Assembly: GCF_018350175.1 (NCBI RefSeq)
Contig: NC_058376.1
Span: forward strand, 4,650,001 to 4,714,000
DNA from: Felis catus
Taxonomy: Eukaryota
Length of the DNA: 64,000 nucleotides
Direction: 5' to 3'
Every line of letters starts with the position of its first letter. Positions within the stretch are counted from its first letter, which is position 1. The translations under genes and the position numbers were made by a program. The notes beneath the pieces are model-generated. The model searched no databases. It saw only the letters and a list, made by a program, of their open reading frames with translations, and had not been told where the DNA came from. This document shows, piece by piece, positions 25,389 to 38,095 of the stretch.

Positions 25389-25904
25389 CTGAGAAGAAAA
25401 ATATTTACGGGGGTAAGAAAAAATACGTAGGCATAGCAACACGTTACACAGAGAAAGCATGCGATCAGAAGGTGAATCCTCACTGGGATCAGTACCTTCA
25501 CGTTATTGTGATGTTACAAAACAGATAGATATGCTTGAAAATTAAACAGGGAACGTTTGGGGGCCATGTATCCAAAGGTCCAACAATATCATACCCTAGT
25601 CTAATCGAGATGCTCTGGGGGTTTCCATTATGTAAAGGAAGTACATACAATTTAGCCTTACGGTCTCGAGACTTCGCTTCCTCCAAACACATGAAGCGAA
25701 ATAGTTAACTGCGTTGATTGACGAGAATTTAGTTCCTCAGAGGACTTAGACTTACTGTCTTGCAATTGTGCGTGGAAAGCAGAACAAAAGAGCTTCCCTA
25801 CCCAAAACTGCATGCTGTCAAACTATAAAACATCGCCCCATGAATCCTAGGCTGCCCTCTGTCCAGAAAAGGGGGTACATAAGGTATTAAGATCGTGTGT
25901 ACTC

Positions 25905-26115
25905 GGGGCGCCTGGCTGACTCAGTCGGTTGAGCGCCCGACTTCAGCTCAGGTCATGATCTCACTGTTCGTGAGTTCGAACCCCGCGTCGGGCTCTGTGC
26001 TGACAGCTCGGAGCCTGGAGCCTGCTTCGGATTCTGTGTCTCCCTCTCTCTCTGCCCTTCCCCCACTCGCGCTCTGTCTCTATCAAAAAATGAATAAACG
26101 TTAAAAAAAAAAAAA
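25905..26115 (+). mobile_element. CanSINE with TSD
   Basis: TSD aagatcgtgtgtact / aagactgtgtgtact. Confidence 0.94.
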
Positions 26116-26779
26116 GACTGTGTGTACTGTTAGCACACGAAAGCAACTGGGCTTGCTTCGATTAGAGGGGTTGTGGGCACGTGCCCAGAGGTGCCCTTCT
26201 TGTACATCGTCCCTGTCACCTCCTGCTTTAGACATCGGGGTGCAGGGCTCACTGAGGGGACGCCCAGGCCACAGCATATCCACAGCGCTGATGGCTTTGA
26301 TCTGTCTGTGTAACAGAAAGCTTTCTGCTGTGTGCGCACGCATGCGCACAGAGACACAAAGGATATACAGGTGTGCCTGTCTCCCCACCGCACTGATGAC
26401 ATCACCAGCATTTCCCTCTGCTTCCCCAAGGCAGAGAAAAGCCCGCTCACCGCAACCCCTACGGTTCCTCACCTGCCGCTCCCCAACCCGCCAAAAACTG
26501 TTACCCTTCAAAGAAAAAAAATTTTTTAAGAAGCTTTAATGGATTTGGGGGAAGCAATGACAATCATCAGCTTTTGGATGGCAAGGTAATTAGGAAAGAT
26601 AAAAATAATTCCCAATTGGATCCATTTTCTAAAGGTTCGAGAACAAAGGTTATCAAAATTCCACAGGGCTTCTGCATGCGCCCACGTCTACTATTCCTAT
26701 CAGGGTGTCAATGAAACAGAAAAAACTGCCCGATTGATTTGTGATTTTGTCCCCCCCTTTAAGACTAAAAGATACCCAC

Positions 26780-26908
26780 AAGACTACCTCCGTTGGTACC
26801 GGATCCAGCGACGGGCAGGCCCGCCCCACACATCTGCATGGAGAAGACGTTGGGGATTCTCGCTTGTGCCACCAGAGAATCAAAGAATGTCTCCAGGGAA
26901 CTTGACGG
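26780..26908 (-). CDS. BACE2: BACE2 exon 4 (129 nt), PSSSLETFFDSLVAQARIPNVFSMQMCGAGLPVAGSGTNGGSL
   Basis: Acceptor ctacag|CCG, donor CTT|gtgggt; end of ORF 26765..27349. Confidence 0.96.
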
Positions 26909-27482
26909 CTGTAGGAGGGAAAACGGCGACGGCACAGATGAGTGACCCAAAGCAGACACCACGCGTGACGTACCAACTGTTTTCCTAATTTGTCTCACGG
27001 CTAAACAACAAACAAGCTGCAGTAATTCAGAAAAACCTACAACAGACTTCCCAGCAGGCGGCATTTTCCCCGCTGCAGCGGCTCTGGTGTAAAAATAAGA
27101 CAGTATTTCTAAAACTGGAGCGATACGGTAGATGAGCGAGGCCCCTGCGCGGGGACGGCACGCAAAAAGAAGAGGGTGTTTGTAGAGCCACCACGACGCC
27201 GTCTCACTTGTCACCAGGACTCTCCGGGAGGCAGGGGTGAGACGTGGAAGTAGGTCGCCGATATGGGTGGTGAACTCTAATCGTGGCCATCTCAGAGTAA
27301 CAAGAGAGCCGTCTCCAGGTGCGGCCTTTGTGGCTTCAGAAAACGTCACTCACTCCTTTCAGCCACGGTCGCCTGGCGCGCCGCGAGACACCTCTGATCA
27401 CAGCACCCACTGAACGCCGGGGAGCAGGAAAGTAGCAGGGAAGGGACAGCCCTGGGATCCTCAGGTTGAAAAGCCCCTATTC

Positions 27483-27705
27483 GGGGCGCCTGGGTGGCGC
27501 AGTCGGTTAAGCGTCCGACTTCAGCCAGGTCACGATCTCGCGGTCCGTGAGTTTGAGCCCCGTGTCAGGCTCTGGGCTGACGGCTCGGAGCCTGGAGCCT
27601 GCTTCCGATTCTGTGTCTCCCTCTCTCTCTGCCCCTCCCCCGTTCATGCTCTGTCTCTCTCTGTCCCCCCCAAAAATAAATAAACGTTGAAAAAAAAAAA
27701 AAAAG
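27483..27705 (+). mobile_element. CanSINE, apparently young subfamily
   Basis: ggcgcagtc..cagccaggtcacg variant; TSD gaaaagcccctattc / gaaaagccgctattc. Confidence 0.95.
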
Positions 27706-27934
27706 AAAAGCCGCTATTCCCCGCGGGGCCCGAGCGGCCCGTGCCTCCCTTCCCGTGGCACTGGCAGTCACTTGGGCACCCCCAAGTCTCCAGGACTCGG
27801 AGGAAGAGGCACGGCGTGCGAGCAGCTCTGAGCTGGGGGTGGGCCTCCCCCTGGTGGTCTCAGGGCAGGTCAGGGACCTCCGGGCAGATTTTTGACAACT
27901 GGGCGATACCAATCACTTGGAGTTGTTAGTTTCT

Positions 27935-27940
27935 TATTTC

Positions 27941-27994
<54 letters not shown>

Positions 27995-28149
27995 TGGGGA
28001 AGGGCAGAGAGAGAGGGAGAATCTCAAGCAGGCTCCGTGGGGGTCAGCACAGAGCCCGACGCGGGGCTCGAACCCACAAACCGTGAGATCATGACCTGAG
28101 CCGAAACCAAGAGGCAGGCGCTCAACCGGCCGAGTCACCCAGGCGCCCC
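27935..28149 (-). mobile_element. CanSINE with long (GA)n
   Basis: Reverse-oriented copy. Confidence 0.92.
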
Positions 28150-28529
28150 TCGGAGCTGTTGGTTCTTGACGGAAACTCGCCGGTGGTGGCACAGGTGCCA
28201 TTGGCACATTCTGACCCCCGACGGTCACCGGCAGAACTATTTGCTGCCTGTAAGAATTAAAACTGAAATTCTGGAGGGAGTAGGAGAAGAGCCCGCTGGC
28301 AAAGAGAAATCTTCCCACGGATTTAACTCTGTTGTCTCTGGCCTCCTAGTCCTGCTTCCACGACTCTCTGCCAGGAGTCGGCATGATCTCTGTACGCGAG
28401 GTGGGCAGAGGACTTGGCATCTGGGTCGATGACGGAGAGACAAAGTCCCCTCCCGCAGGAGGCCGGGTGTGGTGCTGACCCAGGCCGCCGTGCCTCCGGT
28501 CACCCGCACGGGAGGCAGCGAAGTAAATA

Positions 28530-28700
28530 AACGCTGCCTGGAACTAAATTCTGGCTCCATCCCTTGCCAGCCGTGTGACTTGTTCCTTTGTTTCTTTATC
28601 TGGAAAATGGGGAAATAATAGCCTCCTGGAGCTGTCGTGGGACTCAAATGGGTCCATACGCACAAAGGGCTTGGAATAGTGCCTGGTGCCCGGCAAGGGA
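28530..28700 (+). mobile_element. MIR remnant
   Basis: tttctttatctggaaaatggggaaataat..gcttggaatagtgcctgg. Confidence 0.7.
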
Positions 28701-29241
28701 TCCATTGTTACTCTGTCGAGTCACTTTTCAGGAGGACGGCGCCTCAGGATCCCTCTTGAGGTTTAAAAACATGCAGGTGCCAGGATCAACCAAGAGAACT
28801 GGGTCCAGGAGGCGCGTAGGGGGACCGAGACACCACACGCCGTGGTGGCCGCTGAGTGGCTCGGCCAGTCTCTTCCAGACCCCGATCCAGACTGCGCCGC
28901 CTGGCACGGGTCTCCCGCCACGCGCCTCGCCCCACCCATCCCGCGACTGTCTCCCCCAGGCTGGGACGGGACCCCATCGCTGGCAATCTCGGAATTTCAC
29001 GCACAAAAAGGTCACGTGGGGAGTCCGGACACCCAAAGGGACCCCGGAGTCATTACTTCCCGGGAAGTTTATTATCAACATTATCAATTCCGGGAAATTC
29101 AGCTTCATTCTATCACCCTCCAAATGATCCGCCATGACACCAACCGGGCACACACCTTTCGCGGTCAATGTCAGGTAAACAGGGAATGGTTTGTCCCTGG
29201 TCACGCTGTCAGGGAAATCGTATTTAGGAAGGCAGGTGATT

Positions 29242-29425
29242 GGGGCGCCTGGGTGGCTCAGTCGGTTGTGTGTAGGACTCTTGATCTCGTTGTGGTTCAT
29301 AGGATCGGGCCCCGCGTGGGGCTGTGTGCTGACAGCTGGGAGCCTGCTTGGGATCCTCTCTCTCTCTCTGCTCCTCCCCCTCCTCTCTACCTCCCAAAAT
29401 AAATAAAAATAAACTTAACAAAAAG
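29242..29425 (+). mobile_element. CanSINE
   Basis: Head and tail. Confidence 0.88.
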
Positions 29426-30431
29426 GAATGTAGGTCAAGAGCCTGCAGATTTCCCATTAAGTTCACCACACAGTACTGAGAGAAAAAGGGGGCTCCAGAA
29501 CCCCCCAGGGTCTGCAGACTGGCTCTGGGCAAGGAAGGTAAGCTTCTCTGACCCTCAGTCTGCACAGCCACAAAATGGGAGAACACGGCCTTCCAAAGTT
29601 GGCCTCATGGGGAGGTCTCGAGATTCAAGGGAACCAACATCCTGTGATGTGCCTCACGGGCTGTCTCTCCTTGAGAAGCCACAGGGTTGGGAACCTCCCC
29701 CGACTCCTCCCTGCTGCCCCCTCCCCGCCTGGCCCCCCCTGCACCGTTTACTAGTGGGCTTGGGCTGGAATAAACATCCTTGCAGGGAGAGCAAACAGGC
29801 CTCCCCTCCTGGGCCCTCACGGACCACGGGGGGCTCTGCCGTTACTGGGTGGGTAGGTCCCACATGCGTGCGCCTTGTGGTTTCACACTCCGCTCTGGCT
29901 CCAAGCCTGGCACGGAACAACGAGAAGGGCAAGGTGTGGTGCCCACCGCAGACTAGGTGGGGTGACCTCCCGCTTTGCTCAGGTGTGCACAGCCCGAGCC
30001 CGGGGCACACCCTGGGTCCTAATCTGCTGGCCTCTGGCTCCCTTCCTGGTGGAAATCCCCGGGCCTGTGAGCAAGCCCGCCCCCCCACACTCCTGCACAC
30101 CAACCTCCCTTCCTTTGGGCCGGCCTGAGTCCAAATGTTTGGAGAACATTCAATTCTGTCTTTCCCATTTTGTGCAGGTTCTGATGCTGAAGAGAGCGAG
30201 GGTTCCACACTTTCCCCGCGCGCCTCCTGGGCCACTGGCTGGCGGTCCCTAGGACGTGCGTTCAGGCCCCATTCGGGCTCCGGGGTGGGGGGTGTCTGCA
30301 GGGGTGTCTGCAGCCACAGCAAGAAAGCACGAAGCTCTCCTCCGTGGTGGGGAGCCTCCCGGCTGAGGTTCAGGACCTCCTACAGGCTCCGTGTCTCCAC
30401 GCGAAGGTGGGAGTTTAATAAATGTCTTTTC

Positions 30432-30648
30432 GGGGCGCCGGGGTGGCTCAGTCGGTTGGGCATGCGACTTCGGCTCAGGTCATGATCTCGCAGTCCGTTG
30501 AGTTCAGGCCCCGCATTGGGCTCTGGGCTGATGGCTCAGAGCCTGGAGCCTGTTTCAGATTCTGTGTCTCCCTCTCTCTCTGACCCTCCCCCGTTCATGC
30601 TCTGTCTCTCTCTGTCTCAAAAGTAAATAAACGTTAAAAAAAAAAAAG
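30432..30648 (+). mobile_element. CanSINE
   Basis: Head, (CT)n, A tail. Confidence 0.94.
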
Positions 30649-30998
30649 TGTGTTTTCTTTTGAACCTACCCGAAGAAAAACCCCTCACCACCATAATTCA
30701 AGTGATTCAGGTTCTGTTAACATTTTTACACGGCAGAAGTAAAACAGGCAGAACTAAGACAAATGAGGGAAAGTAACGCTTTGGGTGCATCTTGGCAGGA
30801 AAGTTCGAAGGACTGCACCGTTTACCTTAAGCTTCAGACGCCCAGAAACACGATGCGCTCTGTGACCACGGTCTGCTTCCACCATGGGAGTCTCACGGAC
30901 CGCCTGTGCCCCGCGGCCCGGACCCACCCGCCGCCCGTCCGAGCACTGGCCCCAGACGCGTCCCCCCTCTGACTCACTCAGGTCCACGCCGGCCTTAC

Positions 30999-31215
30999 CT
31001 TGGCCAGGGCAGCATACGCGAGTCCCAGAATCCCGTTCCATTTGACGCCGGGCAGAAAGAAGTTCTCGGATTCGAAGATGGTGGCAATGTTGACAAGAAA
31101 TGAGCCATTGAAGCCTTTCGGGATGGTGACCACGTCCTCCCCCACGAAGCCCGTCCAGCTCCCTTGCGTGTACTTCACAGTGACGTCAAAGCCCTTGGAG
31201 TGGTACGTGCTGGAC
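30999..31215 (-). CDS. BACE2: BACE2 exon 3 (217 nt), SSTYHSKGFDVTVKYTQGSWTG...GILGLAYAALAK; flap region
   Basis: Acceptor ccag|GTCC, donor AAG|gtaagg; overlaps ORF 30978..31178. Confidence 0.97.
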
Positions 31216-32389
31216 CTGGCGGAACACGAGGGAAGGCATCGTATTCGTCTGTGAACCCGCGTGCTGACACGGCGGCCGGTCCCCGTGGCGGAGACCGCTG
31301 TGCTAAGCGCCGGGGGGGGCTCTGACGGTCAACTCTTCAGGACTAACAGTGGCCCTGCTGACGAAGTGGCATTTCCCACAAGACACGATCGCTAACGTCT
31401 GGGTGGCAGTGGTTCCGTGCCACGTGTGAGGGAGGTACCGGGGTCGACATCTGCCCCTGTGAAGCCAGTAAGTCAGGGGCTTTACTTAACTGGATGAGCC
31501 TTTGAAGGCAGAAATCAAACCTGGGCACCTGCCTGGCCCTCTGGCTTCACAGGGGCCCTGCAGTGGCTTCCCTTTGACACAGGGAGGGGCCGCGGGCAGT
31601 GGCCCGGGGTTCAGATTCACATGTACGATCAGTGTGAAAATACCAAGTGATCCCCTCCACCTCCACGGCCTTCCTCCTGATGTCACAGGCTCCTTCTCCA
31701 GGTTGTCCCCAAGGCTCCAAAGCTCATTATACTCACACCAAAATATGGGGGATACCAAAACAGGAAGGGATTCAGACGATGGTCAGGGCAGAGGAGAATC
31801 CTGCCCTTGGGGAGACCGACAGTAAACAAACGAATACACAAAATTCCAAGTGGTGATAAAGAGTGTTAAGGACTCTCCAGAGAATAAATCGGTGGGGGGA
31901 GGGGGGGGGTTGGCAGTGACGTGGAGGTGACCCAGGCGTCTGCAAAGCAACCACATGTGTGTGAGACATGCACAAAGACAATGAGCCACATAGGAAGGAC
32001 ATTCGGGAGGGAGGACGGCAGGTGTCAAGGCCCTGTGGTGTCCCAACCTGTAAGGTAATTCTCTTACCCAGCTGAGTTTAAAAACTCTGCTGATTTACAG
32101 CAAAGGACCCAAAGAATGTCTCCAGGCAAATATCTGAGCATTCACACCACACTCACCCTAGGAAAACTGTCCACTTCCTCAGAGAAGTGTCAAATCACCA
32201 AACAGATCAGTGGAAAGTGCCCCCATTTGCCTGTGGTTTTTATTTCGCTGATTTATCACTGAACACTCAGTCCTTGTTGTAGGATTACATGGACTAACGC
32301 AGTCTTGCCTGAGGTCAGGAAGGAAGTTAAATCGGAGATGATATGACCTCTTTTGGGTGGGGGTGGGGTGGGGGGGGCGCGCACATCTC

Positions 32390-32620
32390 TTAAGCTTTAA
32401 ATATATTTGACAGTTTTTAATTCGGTAATCGCGCTTCTGAGAATTTGATCCTAAGGAAACGCCCATGATGCAGGTGGAGATTCAGGTACAAAGACAGCCA
32501 TTATGTTTTATCTGTAATAGCAAATGGTTGGAAACAACCTAAGCGCCCAGTAGAAAGGACACAGTTTAGCAAACCATACTATATCTCTATGACGGAATAT
32601 TACATAAAACCGAAACAGAC
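32390..32620 (+). mobile_element. L1M 3' fragment
   Basis: gaatttgatcctaaggaaa..ttggaaacaacctaag..ggaatattac. Confidence 0.55.
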
Positions 32621-32797
32621 TAAGTCATTTTCAACGACACAGGAATACGGTACAAGAAAAATGTCGGTGGCTCCCTTGGGTGGTGGGGTTTGTAGGGGAG
32701 ACTCCCCTTGTTTTTTAGGCCCATCTACAATTTCTGCATACTTAACTTCCACAATCAGAAAAAAAAAGAGTTATTTTTAAAATGTCTGGCAGACACG

Positions 32798-32980
32798 GGG
32801 CACCTGGGTGGCTCAGTCAGTTAAGCATCTGACTCTGGATTTCTGCTCAGGTCACAATCTCGCACTTCGCGGGTCGGGCTCCGTGCTGACAGGGTGGAGC
32901 CTGCTTGGGATTCCCTCTCCCTCTCTCTCTGCCCCTCCCCTGCTGGCATGCGTGGGAGTGCCCTCTCTCTCTCAAATAAT
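32798..32980 (+). mobile_element. CanSINE
   Basis: Head and tail. Confidence 0.88.
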
Positions 32981-33460
32981 AAATTTTACAAACTGGCAGA
33001 AGATTTTTGGAGAAATTTGATCTCCGTTAACTTCGTAATGGGATACAAACTGTACAGAATGGCTGCTTTTGATATTTGCCCTCTTGGATCGCTCTGCCAT
33101 GATCTCTAAGGGGCGGCAGCATTAAGTGACCACCTCGTGTGCACCTGTCTCCTGACAAGGGAGAACACAGAAGAGTGAGGGTGGAGGGGTCCACGCACAC
33201 GGAGAACTAGGGGACCCATCAGAAGTCGCACGTGTAAGGCAGTCAAGGTCACTGAGACGCGGGCACCCAAGGGTTGCTGTAACACCCAGTTTACCGCCAG
33301 CACTAATTCAGGTGTGCCTGATGTGTGGCAGGGGCTGCACGCAGCGACGGTGACCCGCAATGAAACCACTGAATTATTCGGGCCCTGCTGACAATCTCGG
33401 GTCATTCCTCGAGTCCGCAAATCCACCACTGCTAACGAGAGCGGCTACCTAGGATCCAGT

Positions 33461-33681
33461 CCAGGGTCAGCACACTGTTTCTGGAAAGGGCTAGAAAGCA
33501 AGTGCTTTACCTTTGGTGGGTCATGTGATCTGTTCCAACTCCCCAGCTATGCAAATCTAATGAGGACGGAGGCCACAGACGGTACATAAACAAGGCGCTG
33601 TTGTATTCTAGTAACGTTTTATGAACAGAAACACACAGCAGGTTGGGTTGTAGCCTGCGGGTCCTGGTTTGCCAACTTCCG
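33461..33681. mobile_element. hAT-Charlie MITE (MER58A-like)
   Basis: Decayed TIRs cagggtcagcacact / gtttgccaacttccg; internal aaagggctaga..gccacagac. Confidence 0.7.
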
Positions 33682-33701
33682 ATCTAAAAGATTAATTATC
33701 T

Positions 33702-33905
33702 CGGGCGCCTGGGTGGCTCAGTGAAGCGTCTGACTTCGGCTCAGGTCAAGATCTCGCGGGTTCATGAGATCGAGCCCCGAGCCGGGCTCTCCGCACTGTC
33801 AGGGCAGAACCTGCTTGGGATTCTCTTCTTCCCTCTCTTCTCTTCTGCTGCTCACGCTCTCTCTCTCTCAAAATAAATAAACAAATAAAAATTTAGAAAT
33901 AAAAT
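33702..33905 (+). mobile_element. CanSINE
   Basis: Head and tail. Confidence 0.9.
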
Positions 33906-34189
33906 AAAAAGGCTGCCTTAATAAATGTTAAATGATCAGTTATCTCCCCAAAACCACCTGAAGTACCACAACCGTCTTTTGAGAAGTTGTTTTATTTCTA
34001 CTGTGCCCAGAGTATAGAACACTCATTAGAATTTGCTAATATCGTCGGAGTCTGAGCCAGCCTCTTACATGTATTTGGCGTGTTTTCTCCACTATCCTGA
34101 CCAGCTTGCTACTCCCCTCATGGGGGAGGCATTCTGGATATTTCAGTGCCACCCGCAGAGCTGAGAGGCAGGTGATGTCACGCTGACTG

Positions 34190-34385
34190 CATTCAACCGC
34201 TTACTAGCTGTGTGATAAGGGCCAGGTTGCTTAACCTCTCTGTGCCTCTGGCTGAAAGGCGACAACACAGCACCACACCTCGTGCGGTGGTTTAAGTTTG
34301 AGGAACAAGAGTTAATACTGGAAAGCGTTTAGAACAAAGTCCCCGGGACACAGCAGGTACGCAACGAAAATAGCTGCCATTATTG
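34190..34385 (+). mobile_element. MIR remnant
   Basis: cttactagctgtgtga..ttgcttaacctctctgtgcctc..aaagcgtttagaaca. Confidence 0.75.
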
Positions 34386-34627
34386 TAATTATCTAATCAC
34401 TTGCTATCTTTATTCAATCTAGGAACTACTATTAGAAGAGGTAAGAATTTTTGTTCCCTGAAAACGCTCCTACAGAGTTACTCTTACTGAATTCCCAAAA
34501 CGGTCTCATTTGGAAGTCCAGCCATCCCTCGGAAAGGGGGTTAGTCTGTCGAACGGCTTGGTTAAGGTGGTCAGGAGCGGCGGAGGGGGCTTGGTGTCTA
34601 AAGGCAGCGTTCTCCTGCGTCCTAGAG

Positions 34628-34820
34628 AGGTGCGGTCCAACAGAACTGGCCGCAGTGACGGAAATAATACAAATCGGTGCTGTCCAACATGGTAGCCGTA
34701 GGGGCCACTGAGCGGTAAAATACGATTGCAGGGTGACTGAAGAGGTAAACTGATTTCACCTAACGTTACGTATTTTCAACAGCCACATGCGGCTAGCAGT
34801 CACCCCTGTAGAAAGCACAG
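34628..34820. mobile_element. hAT-Charlie MITE (MER3-like)
   Basis: gtccaacagaact..tgctgtccaacatggtagcc..agccacatgcggctag. Confidence 0.7.
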
Positions 34821-34970
34821 CTGTGGACAACGCGAGAAAAAAGTAAATGCATGCTGTCTGAGCTCCCCGAAACGAACCTCAAAGGGCGAACACCTCAGGG
34901 ATGAATGGTAAGCAGCTCTGAGGGTTATGGACACATAGTTTCCGGGACTGAATTAAAAAAGAAAAGTCTT

Positions 34971-35205
34971 GGGGTGCCTGGGTGGCTCAGTTGGTTGAGC
35001 GTCCGACTTCAGCTCAGGTCACGATCTCATGGTCCGTGAGCTCGAGCCCCGCGTCGGGCTCTGTGCTGACTGCCCGGAGCCTGGAGCCTGTTTCCGATTC
35101 TGTGTCTCCCTCTCTCTCTGCCCCTCCCCCATTCATGCTCTGTCTCTCTCTGTCTCAAAAATAAATAAAAATGTTAAAAAAAAATTAAAAAAAAAATAAA
35201 TAAAT
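34971..35205 (+). mobile_element. CanSINE with TSD
   Basis: TSD aaaaaagaaaagtctt. Confidence 0.95.
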
Positions 35206-35430
35206 AAAAAAGAAAAGTCTTCCTCTGCCTTCACGCTCTAACATCCTACTCATTGGCACTAAAATGCTGTGGCTCTCAAGGGCTCCGCTCACTAATTAGC
35301 GACACTGAGAGAGAACCCCACATTGGCTCCTCCCATGGCGTCCGTTCTGGGCGCTCAGAAACCCCAATCGATCAAGGATGCAGGCAGCCAGGAAAAAGTC
35401 TGCTCACGGCAATAAAACCCACTTGGAACC

Positions 35431-35650
35431 AGGGGCGCCTGGGTGGCTCAGCTGGTTGGGCGACCGACTTCAGCTCAGGTCGTGATCTCACAACTCGTGA
35501 GTTCGAGCCCCGCATCAGGCTCTGCGCTGACAGCTCAGAGCCGCCCGGAGCCTGCTTCGGGTTCTGGGTCTCCCTCTCTCTCTGCTCCTCCCCCACTCAC
35601 GCTCTGCCCCCCTCTCTCTGTCAAAAATAAACAAACATTAAAAAAAAAAA
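35431..35650 (+). mobile_element. CanSINE with TSD
   Basis: TSD aaaacccacttggaacc. Confidence 0.95.
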
Positions 35651-37872
35651 CCCACTTGGAACCCAGTTCAGGAGTCATTCTGCCTCTGAGTGTTGCCCGG
35701 AACACAGGAGTGGAAAGTGAAATCAACAAGCAGAGGAGAAAAGAGCCACAGAACATTGTAGTGTTTTGAAAGAAACCCTCTGTTGCTTTCAGAGGACATA
35801 AAAAGAGAAGGTGTAAGGGCAGAAGTGAAGAGTGGGGTCCTGAGGTCTGATCTGGTTCTCTTAAACCACCGCACCCCGGGAACGTGGAACCTCCGGAAGA
35901 ATGCAGCCAGGGGCTCTTCTGCCTGTTTGGGGGTTTGGAACCTACCTTTGGGGTTGCTGGGCTGGCCCAAGTGACCAGATACTCCCTCCCCTTCTCTGCT
36001 CGCTCTGGGAGTGACCGGACCAGAGTGGGTGGGGCCACTGATGGCCCTTGGGGCTGCTCAGCTAGCCTGTCTATCCTGGAGACTCGTCAACACCCTCAAC
36101 AGTGGCCAAAGCTCATGGGCTCCAACAGTCCCGTCTGGGACAGGCAAACCATGGGTGGGCTTGAGAAATGATCTAAATCATCAAATGTCCGCATCGTCGC
36201 ACACGGAGACAGGAGGCATTTCTTGGGGGCATCAGGGGTCCAGCTCAGCCTCCTTCAGTTGGTCACCGGTAGTCCCCTAACATCCTAATTCTACCGACAG
36301 GCATCGACTGCTCCTTTGCCACGACTACCCTGGGGGTTTCACCCCGCATGGAGTATGGGAGGAGGAGACATTTTAATGGAAAGATGTTTAATTTCCCGAA
36401 GAGATTAGTAGAAGGTCAGGGGAATGAGTATGTCGGCTCTTTAATCAAGCCAATTGGCCAGAGGCTATTTTATTGGCTAAAAAAGAAGTACATCTAAAGA
36501 AATACACAATCTTCTTTTTGCCATGTAGAAATTCATCGGAACGTCTGCCACCATGAAAGGAGGGCTTCTGATGGGAAAAAGCTACACAAATGATTAATGG
36601 TAGTCTGACGGCTCATTCCATAAATCAAAGAACTCTTGTCAAAGAACCCCAAGCCAAAGCTCCAATTACTGGGAAATGTTTCAGGAAGCATTAAACCTGA
36701 ATATCCAAAGACTGGGGGACTTGAATCAGAGGCTGACAAACCCAACCAGGAACCTTATTATAACTGAGGGAGATCAGAGGGACAGGCAAACACAGAAACA
36801 TCATAGAGCGGGCAGCTACATCTCAGAAAAGAACCCTTTGTCAGAAACTAAGAAGGGAAGGGAGAACGTTCTCTTGGCATCCATCAAATACAATGGGGGA
36901 AAGCATACCGTAGGCCAACTGTAAAGTCAGCTCAAAGCAACAGGCAAATTAGTAATACATAATTTACACAGAAAATGCTCCTATCTTTCCAATATTAAAT
37001 CTGCGTCAAATAGAAGCCTGGGAGAAACATGGCGGGGCGGGGGGTGGGGGGCACAGAGGAAGGGAGAGAAAAGAACGTTGGCGTAAATCTGAGCGAGTGC
37101 TTAACCTGCAGACGCCCGCTGTTAGTAGGGACACCACTGACTGAGCAGAACCGGCCCCAAACTCAGAAATGTGATGCTTCACGGAACAGTCCTCTTAAAA
37201 GGCCGGCCAGAGGCCCAAAATGTGGGTGATGTCTTCTGGGTACTGAGAACTTTTCAGCATCACCTGTGAACCAAGAAGGTGGGCTCAGGTCTGGGCGACA
37301 GAGCCAGGGGCGTCCCCCGCCCGCTGGTAGGTTCTGTTATCTCTGCTCGTCCACGTGTGGACAGCCCAGGAGACCCTTGAGGGCCCCAAAAGCTGGTAGG
37401 GAGCCCTCAGCCCTCCTGTGCCAGTTAGCGGGAGGGAAGGCTTAGCCATCGGGAGAGCTACAGACGTTCTCACGAGTTTCACCTTAAACGAGGCTCAACA
37501 CCTAAATATGAGAAACAGAAACATCTGCCGCCTGACCACAAACCCGGCCGCAAGGTTAGCGGCGAGGTTAGAAAGACGTGTCCTCCCGAAGCCTGAGACG
37601 GGACCACTGTCCGACCAAACCGTGAACAAAGCAAAAGGTAAACGAGAAAAGACCCCCGCAGGCTACGCTCGGGTAAATACCGTACACGGTATTTGTAACG
37701 TTGCCTGCAACCTACCGCGGTTTCAATAACCGCATCTGCGTGGCAGAAGGGACTGGCTTGCAAAGTGCTCTTTTGGCCTTTATTGATCCCTGGCTGTGGG
37801 CGCTTGCCCAAGCCCTACTGTCTACCCACCGGGAAGGGAACACTCATCCACAGGGTTAAATCTGCACACTTG

Positions 37873-38095
37873 AGGGGCGCGTGGGTGGCTCAGTGGGTTG
37901 AGCGTCCGACTCTTGATCTCAGCTCAGGTCATGATCTCACGGTTCGTGGGTTCGAGCCCCGCGTCGGGCTCTGTGCTGACAGCTCGGAGCCTGGAGCCTG
38001 CTTCGGATTCTGTGTCTCCCTCTCTGCCCCTCCCCTGCTCGTGCTCTCTCTCTCTCTCTTTCAAAAATAAACATTAAAAAAAACTTTTTTTAAAA
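37873..38095 (+). mobile_element. CanSINE
   Basis: Head, (CT)n, tail. Confidence 0.93.
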
